A DNA stretch of 64,000 nt from Octopus sinensis (lineage: Eukaryota): positions 29,946,001 to 30,010,000 of the forward strand of contig NC_043018.1 in the NCBI RefSeq assembly GCF_006345805.1. Direction: 5' to 3'. Shown here in pieces: positions 24,707 through 38,450 of the stretch; position 1 is the first letter of the stretch, and each line of letters opens with the position of its first letter. The notes beneath the pieces are model-generated. The model saw only the letters and a program-made list of their open reading frames with translations, made no database searches and was not told the origin of the DNA. A program made the translations under genes and the position numbers.

Positions 24707-25369
24707 GGGGTTATATGTTTTGAAAAATCGAGAGACAAATAGTTTTATGTTATAGACTAGGCACGGGCAGCCTTTTTCGCGAATAAGATGGCATGAGACA
24801 GAAATTAACATCAAGCAGGCCGCACAAGACATAGCTCATGATGAGGTGGGCCGCACCTCTAGTAACTTTTTAGTTAATTTTTCTTTAGCCGTGCCCTTCA
24901 GAAAGTCCCATGGATCGTAGTTTGCTCATAACTGTTATGAACTAAACTATTTCAGTACCTCACAACTAACACTCTTACTCAACTACCAACCTGTTACAAC
25001 TATCAGCCTTTCAGCACCTCTTTTTTGTTTATTAACCTTCCTTTTTTTATCCTTGTAGATTTTGAAAACTCGGGAATTTTTTCATGGATTGTTTTGAGAT
25101 TACTTTGAAGTTGCGTACAAATTTTGGAAAGATTTTTTTCAGAAACTGTACCTTCGTTTCAAACAGAACAATCATTAAGCTTATGTATGTATATGTATAT
25201 CTATTTTTATCTGTCTGTTCGACTTTGTTTCCGTCGGTCTGTCTTTCTGTCGGTTTATCTTTCTGTGCAGAGAGAAAATGTAAATACTATAAAGTAATTT
25301 AATTGACTTCAGCTGTTCCTCCAGACTCATAACAAAATTCATTGACGTCATCGCTAGTCTACATTCACA

Positions 25370-25600
25370 ATGACTACAACGACGAGGATGACGACGACGA
25401 TGGCGACGATGAGGAGGAAGAAGGGAAAGAGGTGGATGGTGGTGGTTGTGGTGGTTGTGGTGGTTGCAGAGATCATTATGATGATGATAACGATAATAAT
25501 AATGATGATGATGATGATATTATCAAGATCATGACATTCATGGTGATGATGATGATGATGAAGTGGATGATGATGGAGATGACGATAAGGATGTTAATAA
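25370..25600. repeat. Degenerate (GAT/GAC/GGT)n trinucleotide repeat
   Basis: Directly visible. Confidence 0.85.
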
Positions 25601-25609
25601 TCTTTTCTT

Positions 25610-25995
25610 CTCTAAGCACAAGGCCCGAAATTTTGAGGGAGGGACCAGTCGATTAGATCGACCCCAGTACGCAACTGGTAATTAATTTATCGACCCCGAA
25701 AGGATGAAAGGCAAAGTCGACTTCGGCGAAATTTGAACTCAGATCGTAGCGGCAGACAAAATACCTATTTCTTTACTACCCACAGGGGGCTAAGCACAGA
25801 GAGGACAAACAAGGATAGACAAACGGATTAAGTCGATTATATCGACCCCAGTGCGTAACTGGTACTTATTTAATCGATCCCGAAAGGATGAAAGGCAAAG
25901 TCGATCTCGGCGGAATTTGAACTCAGAACGTAGAGGCAGACGAGATACCGCTAAGCATTTCGCCCGGCGTGCTTAACGTTTCTGCCAGCTCACTG
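25610..25995 (-). mobile_element. SINE family 2, composite/dimeric
   Basis: Two copies of ATCGACCCCGAAAGGATGAAAGGCAAAGTCGA with a head ending at 25992. Confidence 0.8.
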
Positions 25996-26029
25996 CCATG
26001 AATGATGATGAATAATGAAATGATGACAA

Positions 26030-26268
26030 GATTATAATGTTGTTCATGATGATGATGATGGTGGTGGTGGTGCTGATTAGGATGAGGTTTGAGATCATGA
26101 TGACGATGATGATGATGAGGTGGTGGCGGTGGTGGTGGTGGTGGTGGTAGTGGCGTCGGCGGTGGTAATGATGGCAGTGGTGGCGGCGGTGGTGGTGGTA
26201 GTGGTGGTGTTGAGGTGGATGATAATTGTTAAGTTAATGATGATGATGATGATCATGATGATTACGAC

Positions 26269-26311
<43 letters not shown>

Positions 26312-26340
26312 GTGTTGATGACGACGACGACGAAGAAGAA
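26030..26340. repeat. (GAT/GGT)n trinucleotide repeat
   Basis: Directly visible. Confidence 0.9.
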
Positions 26341-26686
26341 GACGCTAACGCACTTGATATTTACGCAGCCATTGTTACCTTTTTGTTTATATTCAATCTG
26401 TTTTTACAGATTCTTATCTGTTTATCCATTTAGTTTTAGTTCCATTTTATACCCTATTATTATCGCCCAATCAATTTTGATTTTTGTTCCTTTTTTTTTT
26501 GCTTATAGTTTGGCAACAGATTCCAGAGAAATGTTTTGAAAGGCGTCAATGATTCTTTCTCTAAAATACAAAAATTCCAAAACATTTTTACAAAAAAGGA
26601 ACTTCATTTCGAGAAACACTGAATGTATTTAGCATATATATACATACATATATATATTATATGTGTGTGTTGTGTGTGTGTGTATG

Positions 26687-26722
<36 letters not shown>

Positions 26723-26822
26723 ATATTATATATATATACATACATATACATATATATATATATGTATATATATATCCATATATATATATATGTATGTGTA
26801 TATATAAATATATATATATGTA

Positions 26823-26876
<54 letters not shown>

Positions 26877-26929
26877 ATGTATATTATATATGTGTGTGTG
26901 TGTGTATGTATATATACATACACAATTTT

Positions 26930-27545
26930 TACACATTTACTTGTTTCAGCCATTTTACTGTGGCTATGCTGGAGCACCGCCTTCAGTCGAGCAAATCGAC
27001 CCAAGAGCTTATTCTTTGTAAACCTACTGCTTATTCTAAAACCGCTAAGTTACGGGGACATAAACACACCAGTATCGGTTGTCAAGCGATGTTGGGGGGA
27101 CAAACATGCATATATATACATATATACGACGGGCTTCTTTCAGTTTCCGTCTACCAAATCCACTCACAAGGCTTTGGTCGACCCGAGGCTATAGTAGAAG
27201 CCACTCGCCCAAGGTGCCACGAAGTGGGACTGAACCCGGAACCGTGTGTGTGTATATATATATATATGTATGTGTTTTTTGTTTGTATCTGCGTTTGTAT
27301 ATATGTATATGTTTGTGTGAGAGTGTTTATGCATCTGTCCGCCCACCATCTCTTGACAACCGATGCTGGTGTGTTTACGTCCCCGTAACTTAGCAGTTCG
27401 GCAAAGAGACCGATAGAATAAGTATTCTATACTAGGTTTACAATACTAGGCGTACAAAGAATAAGTTCTGGGGTCGATTTGTTTGACTAAAGGCGGTGCT
27501 CCATCATGGCCGCAGTCAAAATGACTGAAATAAATAAACGATTAA
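26930..27545. mobile_element. Two SINE family 1 copies in opposite orientation (26930-27245 minus, ~27290-27545 plus)
   Basis: Family 1 motifs. Confidence 0.75.
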
Positions 27546-28338
27546 AAGAAGAGAATAAAATAGAATGCGTGTGTTCGCGTACATGCGTGTGCGGTAGCGC
27601 GGGTGTGTGTATGTATGCATAGGTATATGCATATGTAGAAAAATTTATGACAATAAGTAGGAAACAGGTGTGGCATTAAAACTTAATAGAACATACACGC
27701 GTTTCAGAACAATGCCGAAATCATAAAATTGCTGTAGTAGAAACGTTATGCAATTAGGCACTTTACCTCATCAGTGTCCTGCAATAAATACAACAATCGC
27801 TGTTACAGCTCCAAATGTATACACTTCACTACCGTTATGCAAATGATCAACAACCGTATAAAATAGTAGAGGAGAGACAAACCATCAAATCAAAGCATCA
27901 ACCAGAGAACGTGAGAGATGAGGGTAGGAAAGGAGAGAGAATGAAAAGAGAAAACTTACAAATCATAAAAAAGAAATAGAAGGAAAGATAATATGAAGGG
28001 GGAAGAACACTAATCAATTTGAAAGCAATTGGTCAGCTAGGTCGTAAATCATTTGGGGGCTGTCTGGAAGATATATAGAAACAAGTCCAATGCTAAAAAC
28101 ATGAAACCACATATACACAGACATACACACAAGCACGCACACTCGTACATGAACAAACACATGTAGACAAGCACGTACACAGCACACATATACATATGTA
28201 TACATAGAAATTACACACGTACACATAAATCCATAGACACATACCGATGCAACCATACAAATATACATACGTACATATATAAATATATATATATACATAT
28301 ATACATATACATATATATATATATGTATATATATATTC

Positions 28339-28388
<50 letters not shown>

Positions 28389-29282
28389 ACATATATATAT
28401 ATATATATATATGTTTATATATAAATATATATATATTCATTTATATATATACATATATACATATATATATCTATATATGTCTATGTATATATGTATATAT
28501 ATATATAAATGAATATATATATATTTATATATATACATATATATATATATGTGTATATATATATATGAATATGTATATATGTATATATATACGCATATAT
28601 ATGCATAAACAAACGCACAGGTTCACATATATAACTATTATAAACGGCACATCCAAGCAACAAGCCATTAACTTGTCTCTATCAATCGAACTGTACAAAT
28701 GCTAATCTATAGAAACACACAAATATATAAATATATACACGGTTACGCAGTACGTACATACACAAATAAAATGCAGAAAAATGTCTTAACACTGAAACGT
28801 GCACATACGTAACCATACCCACCCATACTCGTACAAATATACATACGTGCGAAAATGTATAACCATACATGCGTTAACAAACACATTTGTACGTGGGTCT
28901 ATGTATTCGTAAAGAGTGAAATAGCGCAAAATGTCAAACGGGTACGCTACGTAGGGTCATGCGTGGGTGGGTGGTAAGAATTTTGCTTCCCAACCACATT
29001 GTTCCGGGTTCAGTCGCACCGCCTTCTATCTTGGGCAAGAACCTTATTCTATAACTTTGGGCCGACCAAAGCCTTGTGAGTAGCTTTAATAGATGGAAAC
29101 TGAAAGAAGCCTGTTATACGTGTATGTGTGTGTTTTTATGTCTTTGTGTCTACGTTTGTCCATCACACCGCTGTTTGGTAATCGGTGTTGGCGTGTTTAT
29201 GTCCCGTACCCTAGTGGTTCATCCAAAGCGCTGAATTGGGAAAAGTACTTCTTTGAGTTCCCACCTGCCAAATCAACTCACA

Positions 29283-29385
29283 AGGCCTGGTGCTATAGTA
29301 GAGGGCCTGGTGCTATAGTAGAGGGCTTGGCTCTATAGTAGAGAGCCTGGTGCTATAGTAGAGAGTTTGATGCTATAGAAGAAGA
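29283..29385. repeat. 20-bp minisatellite (GGCCTGGTGCTATAGTAGAG x~5) inside a SINE family 1 relic
   Basis: Unit resembles the SINE segment GGCCCGAGGCTATAGTAGAAG. Confidence 0.8.
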
Positions 29386-30071
29386 GACTTGCAGTACCAT
29401 GCAGTGAAACCGAACCGTAAACCATATTTGGGAAAGAAATTTCCTGCCACGCAGTCATGCCTATTATAGAAAAGACGTCGTAACGGCCTATACAGTGAGG
29501 CTCACGTGACACATTCGGAGATGGAATGATAAATTGGGAAACAAGGGAAAGATTTTATTTGGTAAATCAGAACCCATTAAAAGTCAACCCATTAAAACAA
29601 CAACAACTCATTAAACCGGCAATCCATTAAAACAACCCATTAAAATGACAGCCCATTAAAATATCAACTCATTAAAAGCCAAGGGGCATTTTCATTAGAA
29701 AAGAACTCCATTTCTAATTAACTTAAACTGTTAATTACTCTATTAGAATACGCCACTGAAAATCTTAACTTTTGCCCTTCACTTGTTTCAGTTACTGGAC
29801 TCCAGTCATGATGGGGCACTGCCTTGCAGGGTTTTTTTTCCGAATAAATCGACCCCTGGACTTTTCTTAAAGCTTAGTACTTGTTCTACCTGTTTCTTCT
29901 ATTGTATTTCGCTCTACTCAACATTTAAATACACAAATCGACTTGTACGTATTTGTCTAAATTTTCTATTATTAATATTATTATTATTATTATTATTATT
30001 GTTGTTGTTGTTATTATTATTATATATGTATACATATATATATATATATATTATGTAAGTATGTATATATA

Positions 30072-30113
<42 letters not shown>

Positions 30114-30134
30114 CATATATATAGATACATATAC

Positions 30135-30179
<45 letters not shown>

Positions 30180-30216
30180 GATAGATACATATACATATAC
30201 ATATATATATATATAC

Positions 30217-30268
<52 letters not shown>

Positions 30269-30609
30269 TATAATATATATATTATATATATATATATATA
30301 TACATACATATAAACGATGGGATTCTTTCAGTTTCTGGCCACCAAATCCACCCGCGAGGCCTTGGTCTTCTTGGTTTTTGTTTTTTACAATGAAAATTTG
30401 AAGCGACGCCATTACGCAAAAATAATTAAACAACTATAGAAAATTAACTCTCAACTTAAACAGGAAGAAAATCTTTAATTAATGATATTGTAATTAAGTG
30501 TGAAACTTCAAGAGATATAACAAGGATGGAACTTGAAATTGCCTGTGTGCAATTGTGTATATGCGTGTTTCGTTGTGTGTGCGTGGTGTGTGTGTGTGTG
30601 TGTGTGTGT

Positions 30610-30660
<51 letters not shown>

Positions 30661-30901
30661 GTTGCTTTTTCAGAGATATTGTTTGAAAAAAATATCCTGA
30701 AGTGATTATAACCAATGACAGAAAAATCTTTCACCATTCTCTTTATAAGAATATCATACTTTGGCTCTGGTCTTAAGAATTATTGTTTTTTGATGCGTTT
30801 TCTTATTAAGAAGTTTATGTCTGGATAGTATTTTATATGTTATGTGTACGCATGTGTATATATATATATATGTATATATATATATTATATATATATATAA
30901 T

Positions 30902-30957
<56 letters not shown>

Positions 30958-31949
30958 ATATATAATATACATATGTGTGTATGTATGTATGTATATATGT
31001 ATGATTGAACGTATGTATATCTTTCTGTATGAGTCTGCGTATTTATGACTGTATGTGCGTGTAAATTTGTGCTTGTGTGTGTGAGCATGCGTATATATTA
31101 ATGTGTATATATGTAATTGTGCGTTTGCATTCATCAAAGGAAAAATCAATCATTTCACTAATCTTTATTATCTTTTCCTTTTTGCTATTCTTCTTCCTCC
31201 TTCTCTTTTTCCTTCTCGTCTTCTAGTTCTTCTCGTCATTGTCCTCTTCCTCCTTCTCCACAACTCCTCTCCTCTTCCATAACCAGACTTATTCACACAA
31301 ACGCACCACAAATTGAAGTCGAAACCCAGTAAAGCAGATCTAACCGTCTAATACAGACGACCTGAAGTGGAAAAATATATTTAAGCAAAGCAGAAAGAGT
31401 TGCTTTTCAATGACGGTTATCGATTAAGTCACGTGAAGAGATTTCGATTTGTTTCTTATTGTTATTCGTTTTCTTCTTCTTAAGGTCCGTTCTGCGAAAA
31501 GTACCGATGTGGATGGAATAATCAATGAATGAGAGTTTATGGAGAGGAACTACAATGGTGCTTAACTTGAAAGACATAATCAGAGCTCGGATATGAATAA
31601 AATAATAATAAAAAGAATGGGGAAAAACATTAGACGAATCACTATATTTGGAGTTTGATAGGAACAAAGTATTTTAGCGAGATATATTATAAGCTATTAT
31701 ATCTTACTGTAGATTCAAAGACAAATCTAAAAATATATCCTACTATGATAAATCATATACTATTGGTTTAATAAAAAATCAAGGGTAAAGAAGTAAAATG
31801 ATGACAAAACTGAACAAAAAAGCGATCGGTCAGAAGTGTGTATCAAGCCAGTATTTCTTGGCCGCAAAATTTCCAATTTCAGATTTTGGTACAAGGCCAG
31901 CAGTTTGTGGGGAGTGGGTAAGTTGGGTTTTTTTTGTTGTTTATTCCTT

Positions 31950-32240
31950 CGCGAGCCATGCCTGGCTCATAAGGACCGGTTTCCCGGTTTCTTGGCGTAT
32001 AGGTTCCCCACCTGGACGGGACGCCGGCCCGTCGTAGGTCAGCTGCAAGATGCAGGAGGAAAGAGTGATAGAAAGTTGTGGCGAAAGAGTCAACAGAAGT
32101 TCGCCATAACCTGCTGCTGGAGCCACGAGGAGCTTAGGTGTTTTCATTCATAAACACACACATCGCCCGGTCTGAGATTCGAACCCGCGATCCCTCGACC
32201 GCGAGTCCGCTGTTCTAACGACTAGGCCATGAGCCTCCAC
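31950..32240 (-). mobile_element. tRNA-derived SINE, family 3
   Basis: Minus head GTGGAGGCTCATGGCCTAGTCGTTAGAACAGCGGACTCGCGG..GGTTCGAATC. Confidence 0.8.
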
Positions 32241-32640
32241 ACAGAGAGGCTAAGTCGATTATATTGACCCCAGTGTAGAATTGTTATTTATTTCATCGAC
32301 CCCGAAAGGATGAATGGCAAAGTCGACTCCGGTGAAATTTGAACTCAGAACGTAAAGACGAACGAAATATCACCAGGCATCTTGCCGAGCGTGTAAACAA
32401 TTCTGCCAGCTCACTCCCTTATTGGCCGCTATAATATTGACTTCAGATTTTGATACAAGGCAAGTAGTTTTGGGGAAGGGGCCGAGTCAATTAAATTGGC
32501 CCCAGTATTCAGTTATTACTTATTTTATTGACCCCGAAATGATGAAAGGCAAACCCGAATCCGGTGGAATTTTGAACTCAGAACGTAAACACGAATGAAA
32601 TGCGGCTAAGCATCTTGTCCAGCTTGTTAACGATCCGGCC
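32240..32640 (-). mobile_element. Two degenerate SINE family 2 copies
   Basis: GACCCCGAAAGGATGAA.GGCAAA core seen twice. Confidence 0.7.
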
Positions 32641-33619
32641 ATCCATGAAGTAACAATGCCTCTATGTGGTCGCTAAACCAGTTATATATAGTTAGAGCCA
32701 AATCTTCAAATAACACCCTAACGTCTTTGAAAATTATATTTTGGCTAGGGAGAGGGGGGCAACGTAGATCAATGCATGAGGGGGTATCCTGTCTTTAAAA
32801 GTATTGCGAAAGGCCTGGTTGGAGGCCTACCCTTCCGGGTTCTTTTACATGGCTTAGAAAAACTGAAGGACCGCTACAGTGTGTGAATCTGAGAGGAGAA
32901 TATATTGAATGAAATCATAATTAACTGATCCTGTATTTTCTTTGACCCAAACCCAGGTACTTTTCAGCGCCGCCCCCCACACCGCGTAAATGGGATCATA
33001 TTCCTATTTTATCATAAAGTTAGGATAAAAGGGCCGGTGCGATGCTAGAATACAATATTAACTGAGCTTCCAAAACTCTACTTACTAACTTCATGATTTT
33101 ATACTTGATCTATGTAAGCAGTGGTAGCACTCTGAACGTGATGGGTGCTTCGTTGACCAGACACTTGATCTTTCATTTTCCATTTTTTTTTATTTTTTAC
33201 TTGTTTCAGTCATTTGACTGCAGCCGTGATGGGGCACCGTGATGGGGCACCGGCTTCTAACATTTCAATTCTAGTACCCTATTTTTAAAGTCTGGTACTT
33301 AACTTATTGGTCCTGCTTTATCAAACCGCTAAGTCACGAAGACATAAGCAAACACCGGTTGTCAAGCGGTGGTGTAGGGCGAGCACAGCACAAACACACG
33401 CACACACATACACACTGTTATAACTTAAAACGAATAATGATATTGTGATCAGATAATAACTTTATAAACGAACGAAGAAGACATTGCAACATTTCCAAAC
33501 CGAAGTGCCAAAATGGCGAACTGTAACTTCAGTTGTCCATGTTGCAAAATAAGCAGTCTGGACCACTGTAAGTGTACTAAGGCGAAAAGTGTAAATCCAC
33601 AACAACGAGACGATGTTGT

Positions 33620-33913
33620 TTGCTCCTTCTCGAGCCACGCCTGTCTCATAAAGGCCGGTTCCCCAGTTTCTTGGCGTATAGGTTCGCCACCTGGACGGGA
33701 CGCCGGTCCCTCGCAGGCGAGCTGCAAGATGAAAGTGTGACAGAAAGTTGTGGCGAAAGAGTCAGCAGAAGTTTTGCAATTACCTTCTGCCGGAGCCGCG
33801 TGGAGCTTTAGGTGTTTCGCTCATAAACACACACATCGCCCGGTCTGAGATTCGAACCGGCGATCCCTCGACCGTGAGTCCGCTGCTCTAACCACTAGGC
33901 CATGCGCCTCCGC
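33620..33913 (-). mobile_element. SINE family 3
   Basis: Similar to 31950-32240. Confidence 0.8.
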
Positions 33914-34309
33914 ATATCTAATGTCACCTGATAGAGTCAATAAAGTGTCCCTTCGGACAAATCGATCTAAGCTTAAATAATAAATGATGTGGGCGTGAAG
34001 AACATCACATGATAAAATCGTGTCCTTTGACTGGATGACACTTAATAAATACTGTTTTGTGTCGAGACAAATGGAGTTGTCTCACACACATATATTATTC
34101 AGAAACAGTATACAGACTAATGCTTCTTCTCTCCATTTTTCAACTCTTCTCTCTTTTCTCTCTTAACAAATTGTCTTGTGTAATTATTATTGGCAATAAT
34201 CAGCGTTGATCTCCACCGCTGACGGATGACATCACAATATACAATAGCTAGTGGGAGATTTTGTGATCATAGTTGTCGCTGTTGTTGTGCTTACTTGAAC
34301 AAAGCTGGC

Positions 34310-34748
34310 TACCCGCATGGTTCTTGGTCTCAAGCATTTGTCTTATGAAGAAAGGCTGAAGTCGCTCGATCTTTATTCTCTAGAAAAACGACGACGACGT
34401 GGTGATCTCACTCTCGCTCACAATATCATAAGCGGAAAGTGTAACCTCTCGAAGGAGCTGTTCTTCACTCCTGCTCCAGAGCGTCGGCTGCGGGGTCACT
34501 CCGAAAAGCTCTATCTGCGACGATTTCATTTCAATCGAAGGAGAGGTGTTTTGTCCGTCCGGGTTGCGGATCCGTGGAATAAGCTACCGGATGAGATAGT
34601 GAAAATGCCGACGACCGCTCGGTTTAAAGTCTCTCTTGACCAGAAATGGCCTGAACTCTTTGCATGAACACCCCCCTGTACATAACTCCATGTCCCCCTA
34701 CATGGCCTTGCTTTTTGCTTTTTGAGCCAAAATATTAACTTAACTTAT
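34310..34748 (+). mobile_element. CR1-type LINE 3' fragment with (TTAAC)n tail
   Basis: LSYEERLKSLDLYSLEKRRRRGDL...LRGHS.KL...RVADPWNKLP..V...FK..LD. Confidence 0.85.
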
Positions 34749-35207
34749 TTTCATAAATTTGTCCTAAACGACAATCCTTGTTTTCAGATTTTTAGTTAAT
34801 CCCTGTTTCTTACATTCTAAGTAAAAAAAGCTTTACTTTCATAAACCCTAAGTTACTCCGGTGGCTGACAAAAGTTGGGAATACGTATCATATATGATGC
34901 TGCATATCACATACGATACGCAGGAGAGGCAAAGGATTAAACTAAGATCAGGGTTTATTCGCTTCTGATCCTTCCCCTATCCAAAGCATTTTCATTATCC
35001 TAAACGTCTATGCTTGTTTTCAGATTGTTGGCTAGCCCTTGTTTCATACGTTCTGACTAATATAAAGCTATATTTTCTAAGTACCAAATTACCCTAATGA
35101 TTGAAGAAAAAATTCATGTCCAGTAAGTTCACCGTCATTATTTCATCGCTGGGTAGGTTCACCGTCAGCAATTCAGTTTTGGGGTTTTTTTACCCCCCAA
35201 TAAAATA

Positions 35208-35768
35208 TTGGGTTGTCTGGAAAGTTCGTGTCGATTTATAGTAGCTTACCTTTCAACTTATTTTAGAACATGGTTGAGTCCATAAAATAGGACTACACCT
35301 CCATTTAGAACACAGTTTGAACTATCTTTTCGTGGAAGAAGGTTTATGTTCCTATAACCTGTGTTAATTCTGTAACCCTTGAAAATGGAAGATAAGACAG
35401 TTCATTTTTGGCACTTGCTGCTTTGGGAACCAGACAAAATTTGCTGCAGCTCGGCTTGGATGTGTTATCCCACCCTCCGTAGTCACCAGATATTGCTCCT
35501 TCGGATTTTCACTTATTCAGGTCTCTGCAGAATAGTCTTAATGGTAAAAATTTCAATTCCTTGGATGACGTAAAAAGATACCTTGATGAATTCTTTGCCA
35601 TGAAATCACCTCAATTCTGGGAAGAAGGTATTTTCAAGTTAAAGGAAGGATGGAGACGCATTGTGCAACAAAATGGTTCATATTTGGTTGATTAAAAATG
35701 TAATGGCAAGTATGTATTGACCTTTTTCTTTCCTTTAAAAATCAGCACGAACATTCCGGACAACCCAA
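35208..35768 (+). mobile_element. Internally deleted mariner (561 bp) with ~30-bp TIRs and TA TSD
   Basis: TA-TTGGGTTGTC.GGAA.GTTCGTG ... CACGAAC.TTCCGGACAACCCAA-TA; residual HPP*SPDIAPSDFHLFRSLQN...W..IVQQNGSY. Confidence 0.9.
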
Positions 35769-36309
35769 TAGCTTTTAACTATTAATGGTGAAATACTATG
35801 GATGTGTTTTCTCGGTAAACTTTCCTCGCGGTGAACTTACTTCACGGTGAATTGATGATGGTGATCTTACCTGTAATCGAAAAAATAGTTAAGAATGTGT
35901 AACGTATGTAATGCATAGACGCCATGTGACACACAAGACAGGCAGAAGGTTAAATGAAGAAGGAAATGGTATCATTCCACGTAAGAGTGCAGAAAGATAC
36001 AGCATTGGTTATTAGGGGTGGTAGGGTGAGAGAACAAACAAAGAAGACGAAACTAAAATGTGAAACAGCAAACACAACAGTAATAACTGCAACCACAAAA
36101 AATTTCACTAGTTGATATATTGTGGTGCCATCTGTCGGCGGCGGAGATCAACGCTGATTATTGCCAATAATTATACAAGACAATTTGCTAAGAGAGAAGA
36201 GGTTAAAAATGGAAAGGAGAAATAAAAATAAGAAAAGAATAATGGACATTGTTTCTGAATAACTGTGTCAGTTCTATTGTGGCAGATCATCAATAAATTG
36301 AGTAGGAGT

Positions 36310-36665
36310 GGAGTAGGGTGGTGGTGGTGGTGGTGGTGGTGGTGGTGGTGGTGAACGTTGTCGTCGTTGTGCTAGTGATGCTGGCGGTTCTGGGGCTGGT
36401 GGTGAATCTCGTGCTCGTGGTGGTGGTGGTCGTGGTCGTCGTCGTCGTCGTCGTGCGAGTGGTGCCGGCGGTTCTGGGGCTGGTGGTGAATCTCGTGCTC
36501 GTGGTGGTGGTGGTGGTGGTCGTCGTCGTCGTCGTGCTAGTGGTGCCGGCGGTTCTGGTGTTGGTGGTGAATCTCGTGCTCGTGGTCGTCATCGTGGTGG
36601 TGGTCGTCGTTGTCGTCGTCGTCGTTGCCGTCGTTGTAATCGTTGTAGCCACCGTCGTCATCATT
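36310..36665. repeat. (NGT)n trinucleotide repeat with three higher-order units
   Basis: GGTGCCGGCGGTTCTGG..TGGTGGTGAATCTCGTGCTCGTGG recurs three times. Confidence 0.85.
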
Positions 36666-37394
36666 GTCCAGAAAGGTTAGTGTATTTTCGTGTTTATCTT
36701 TGCTTCGTTAATCACTAATAAATGAATTAATTGCCTTTGCAAAGGTAAATTGTGATAAAAGTAGAATAGATTTCGAGAGGTGACCGCTAGGGGACGCTGT
36801 CGGAGCCTCATACGTGACAGCTGGCAATAACGCAATTCTTGTTACTATTACTACTACCACCACCACCACTACAACCACTACAACTATTACGACTACTACT
36901 ACTACTACTGTTACTATTACTACTATTACTACTACTATTAGTGTTGGTGTTCTGTCTTTTACTCATGGTTGTCTGGTTAAGAAGTTCGCTTTGTAAACAC
37001 GTGGTTTTGTGTTCAGACCCATTGCGCGGCACCTTGAGTAAGAGTCTTCTAATATAGCCCCGCGTTGACCAATGACTTCTGAGTGAATTTGGCAGACGGA
37101 AACTGTGAAGAAGCACCTCACACACATATGTATATACAGTGTGAGCGTGTCCTTTATGTTCAGCTTACTCAGCACCCAGTCCCCGAATGACAACCCGTGA
37201 TGGTTTGTTTATTCCCCCTGTAACCTAGCGACTCGATAAAAGAAGCTGATATAATTAGTTCCAGATTTTAAAAGATAAAGACTAGGCTTGATTTTCGGCT
37301 AAACCCTTCAAGGCAGTGCCCTAGAATGGCTGCAGTACAATGAGTGATACAAGTAAAGGATGAAAGAAACGCTGCTACCGCCATAGATTGTGTC

Positions 37395-38450
37395 TATTAA
37401 CACCTACCACAAGCAATACTAAGGAGCACTCCGTCGGTTACGACGACGAGGGTCCCAGCTGATGAGCATTCCACAGACACGTGTACCCTTAACGTAGTTC
37501 TCAGGGATATTCAGCGTGACACAAAGTGTAACAAGGCCGGCCCTTTGAAATACAGGTACTGCGCATTATTGCCAGCTGAATTGAATAGAGGGACAAAACG
37601 CATCGCCAGGAATTGAACGCATGACCTTACAATAGTGATTCGAACGCCCTAACCATTAATCCACGCGCCTTCATCAACCTATGCTAATTATTAATGATCT
37701 ATAATAAAATAAGACAAGGCGTAGCGCTTTGTGAGAAGGTGGACTGCACTGAGCCCACCAGCGATTTCCACAAACAACAACAAAATTAAAGTAGCAACGT
37801 AGGGTTCAAAGCTAATCAAAGCTGTAAAGGGTAAAGAGCCCCTTCGGTCATGAATGACCATGGGATTGCACCTAGAAACCTACCCTCCGAGGCAAAATTC
37901 CGTGTAAGGTTGTTTTATTAATGACCAGTAGTTACCCATGCATTAATTATTCTTTCGCAAATATATATTCGTTATGAGAATCTGCCCAGTGTGATCTAAT
38001 TGGACATATAACGGACAAATAAAATGATGAGAGACTGTATAAAAGAAATAGTAAAATGGAACTGCGAGCTTGGGTGGGGCTCGTAAGTTATTCCATTTTT
38101 TCATTTCACAAACACATCATCCGTTATATGTACTACACGTTTTGTGTTGTCAGTCCTTGTAATGTCCATTCTATGTTGGGACTTTATGCCTAAATAAAGA
38201 GAGGAGTAGTTACCCATGCATACCAGCTTCCCCTCTCCACGCCACCGATGTTATCCAAAGGAAAGGCAAAGGGGCCGATGCAGCTTGGAGCCGGTGACGT
38301 CACAACTCATTTCTACAGCTGAGTGAACTGGAATAACAGAAATAAAATATCTTGCTCAAGAACACATCACGCGGCCCGGCCCGGGAATAGAACTCACTAC
38401 GTCATGATTGTGAGCCCTCAACGCTCTAACCACTGAGCGATGCGCCTTCA
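37395..38450 (-). mobile_element. Cluster of degenerate SINE family 4-like copies
   Basis: Heads at ~37670 and ~38445; shared CAGCTGA.TG.A.T.GA..AAC core. Confidence 0.5.

Noticed and set aside
31485-31528. Possible terminal exon (G)PFCEKYRCGWNNQ* after a pyrimidine tract and AG, with AATAAA downstream
   Set aside because: Only 14 codons, no partner exons found; could easily be chance
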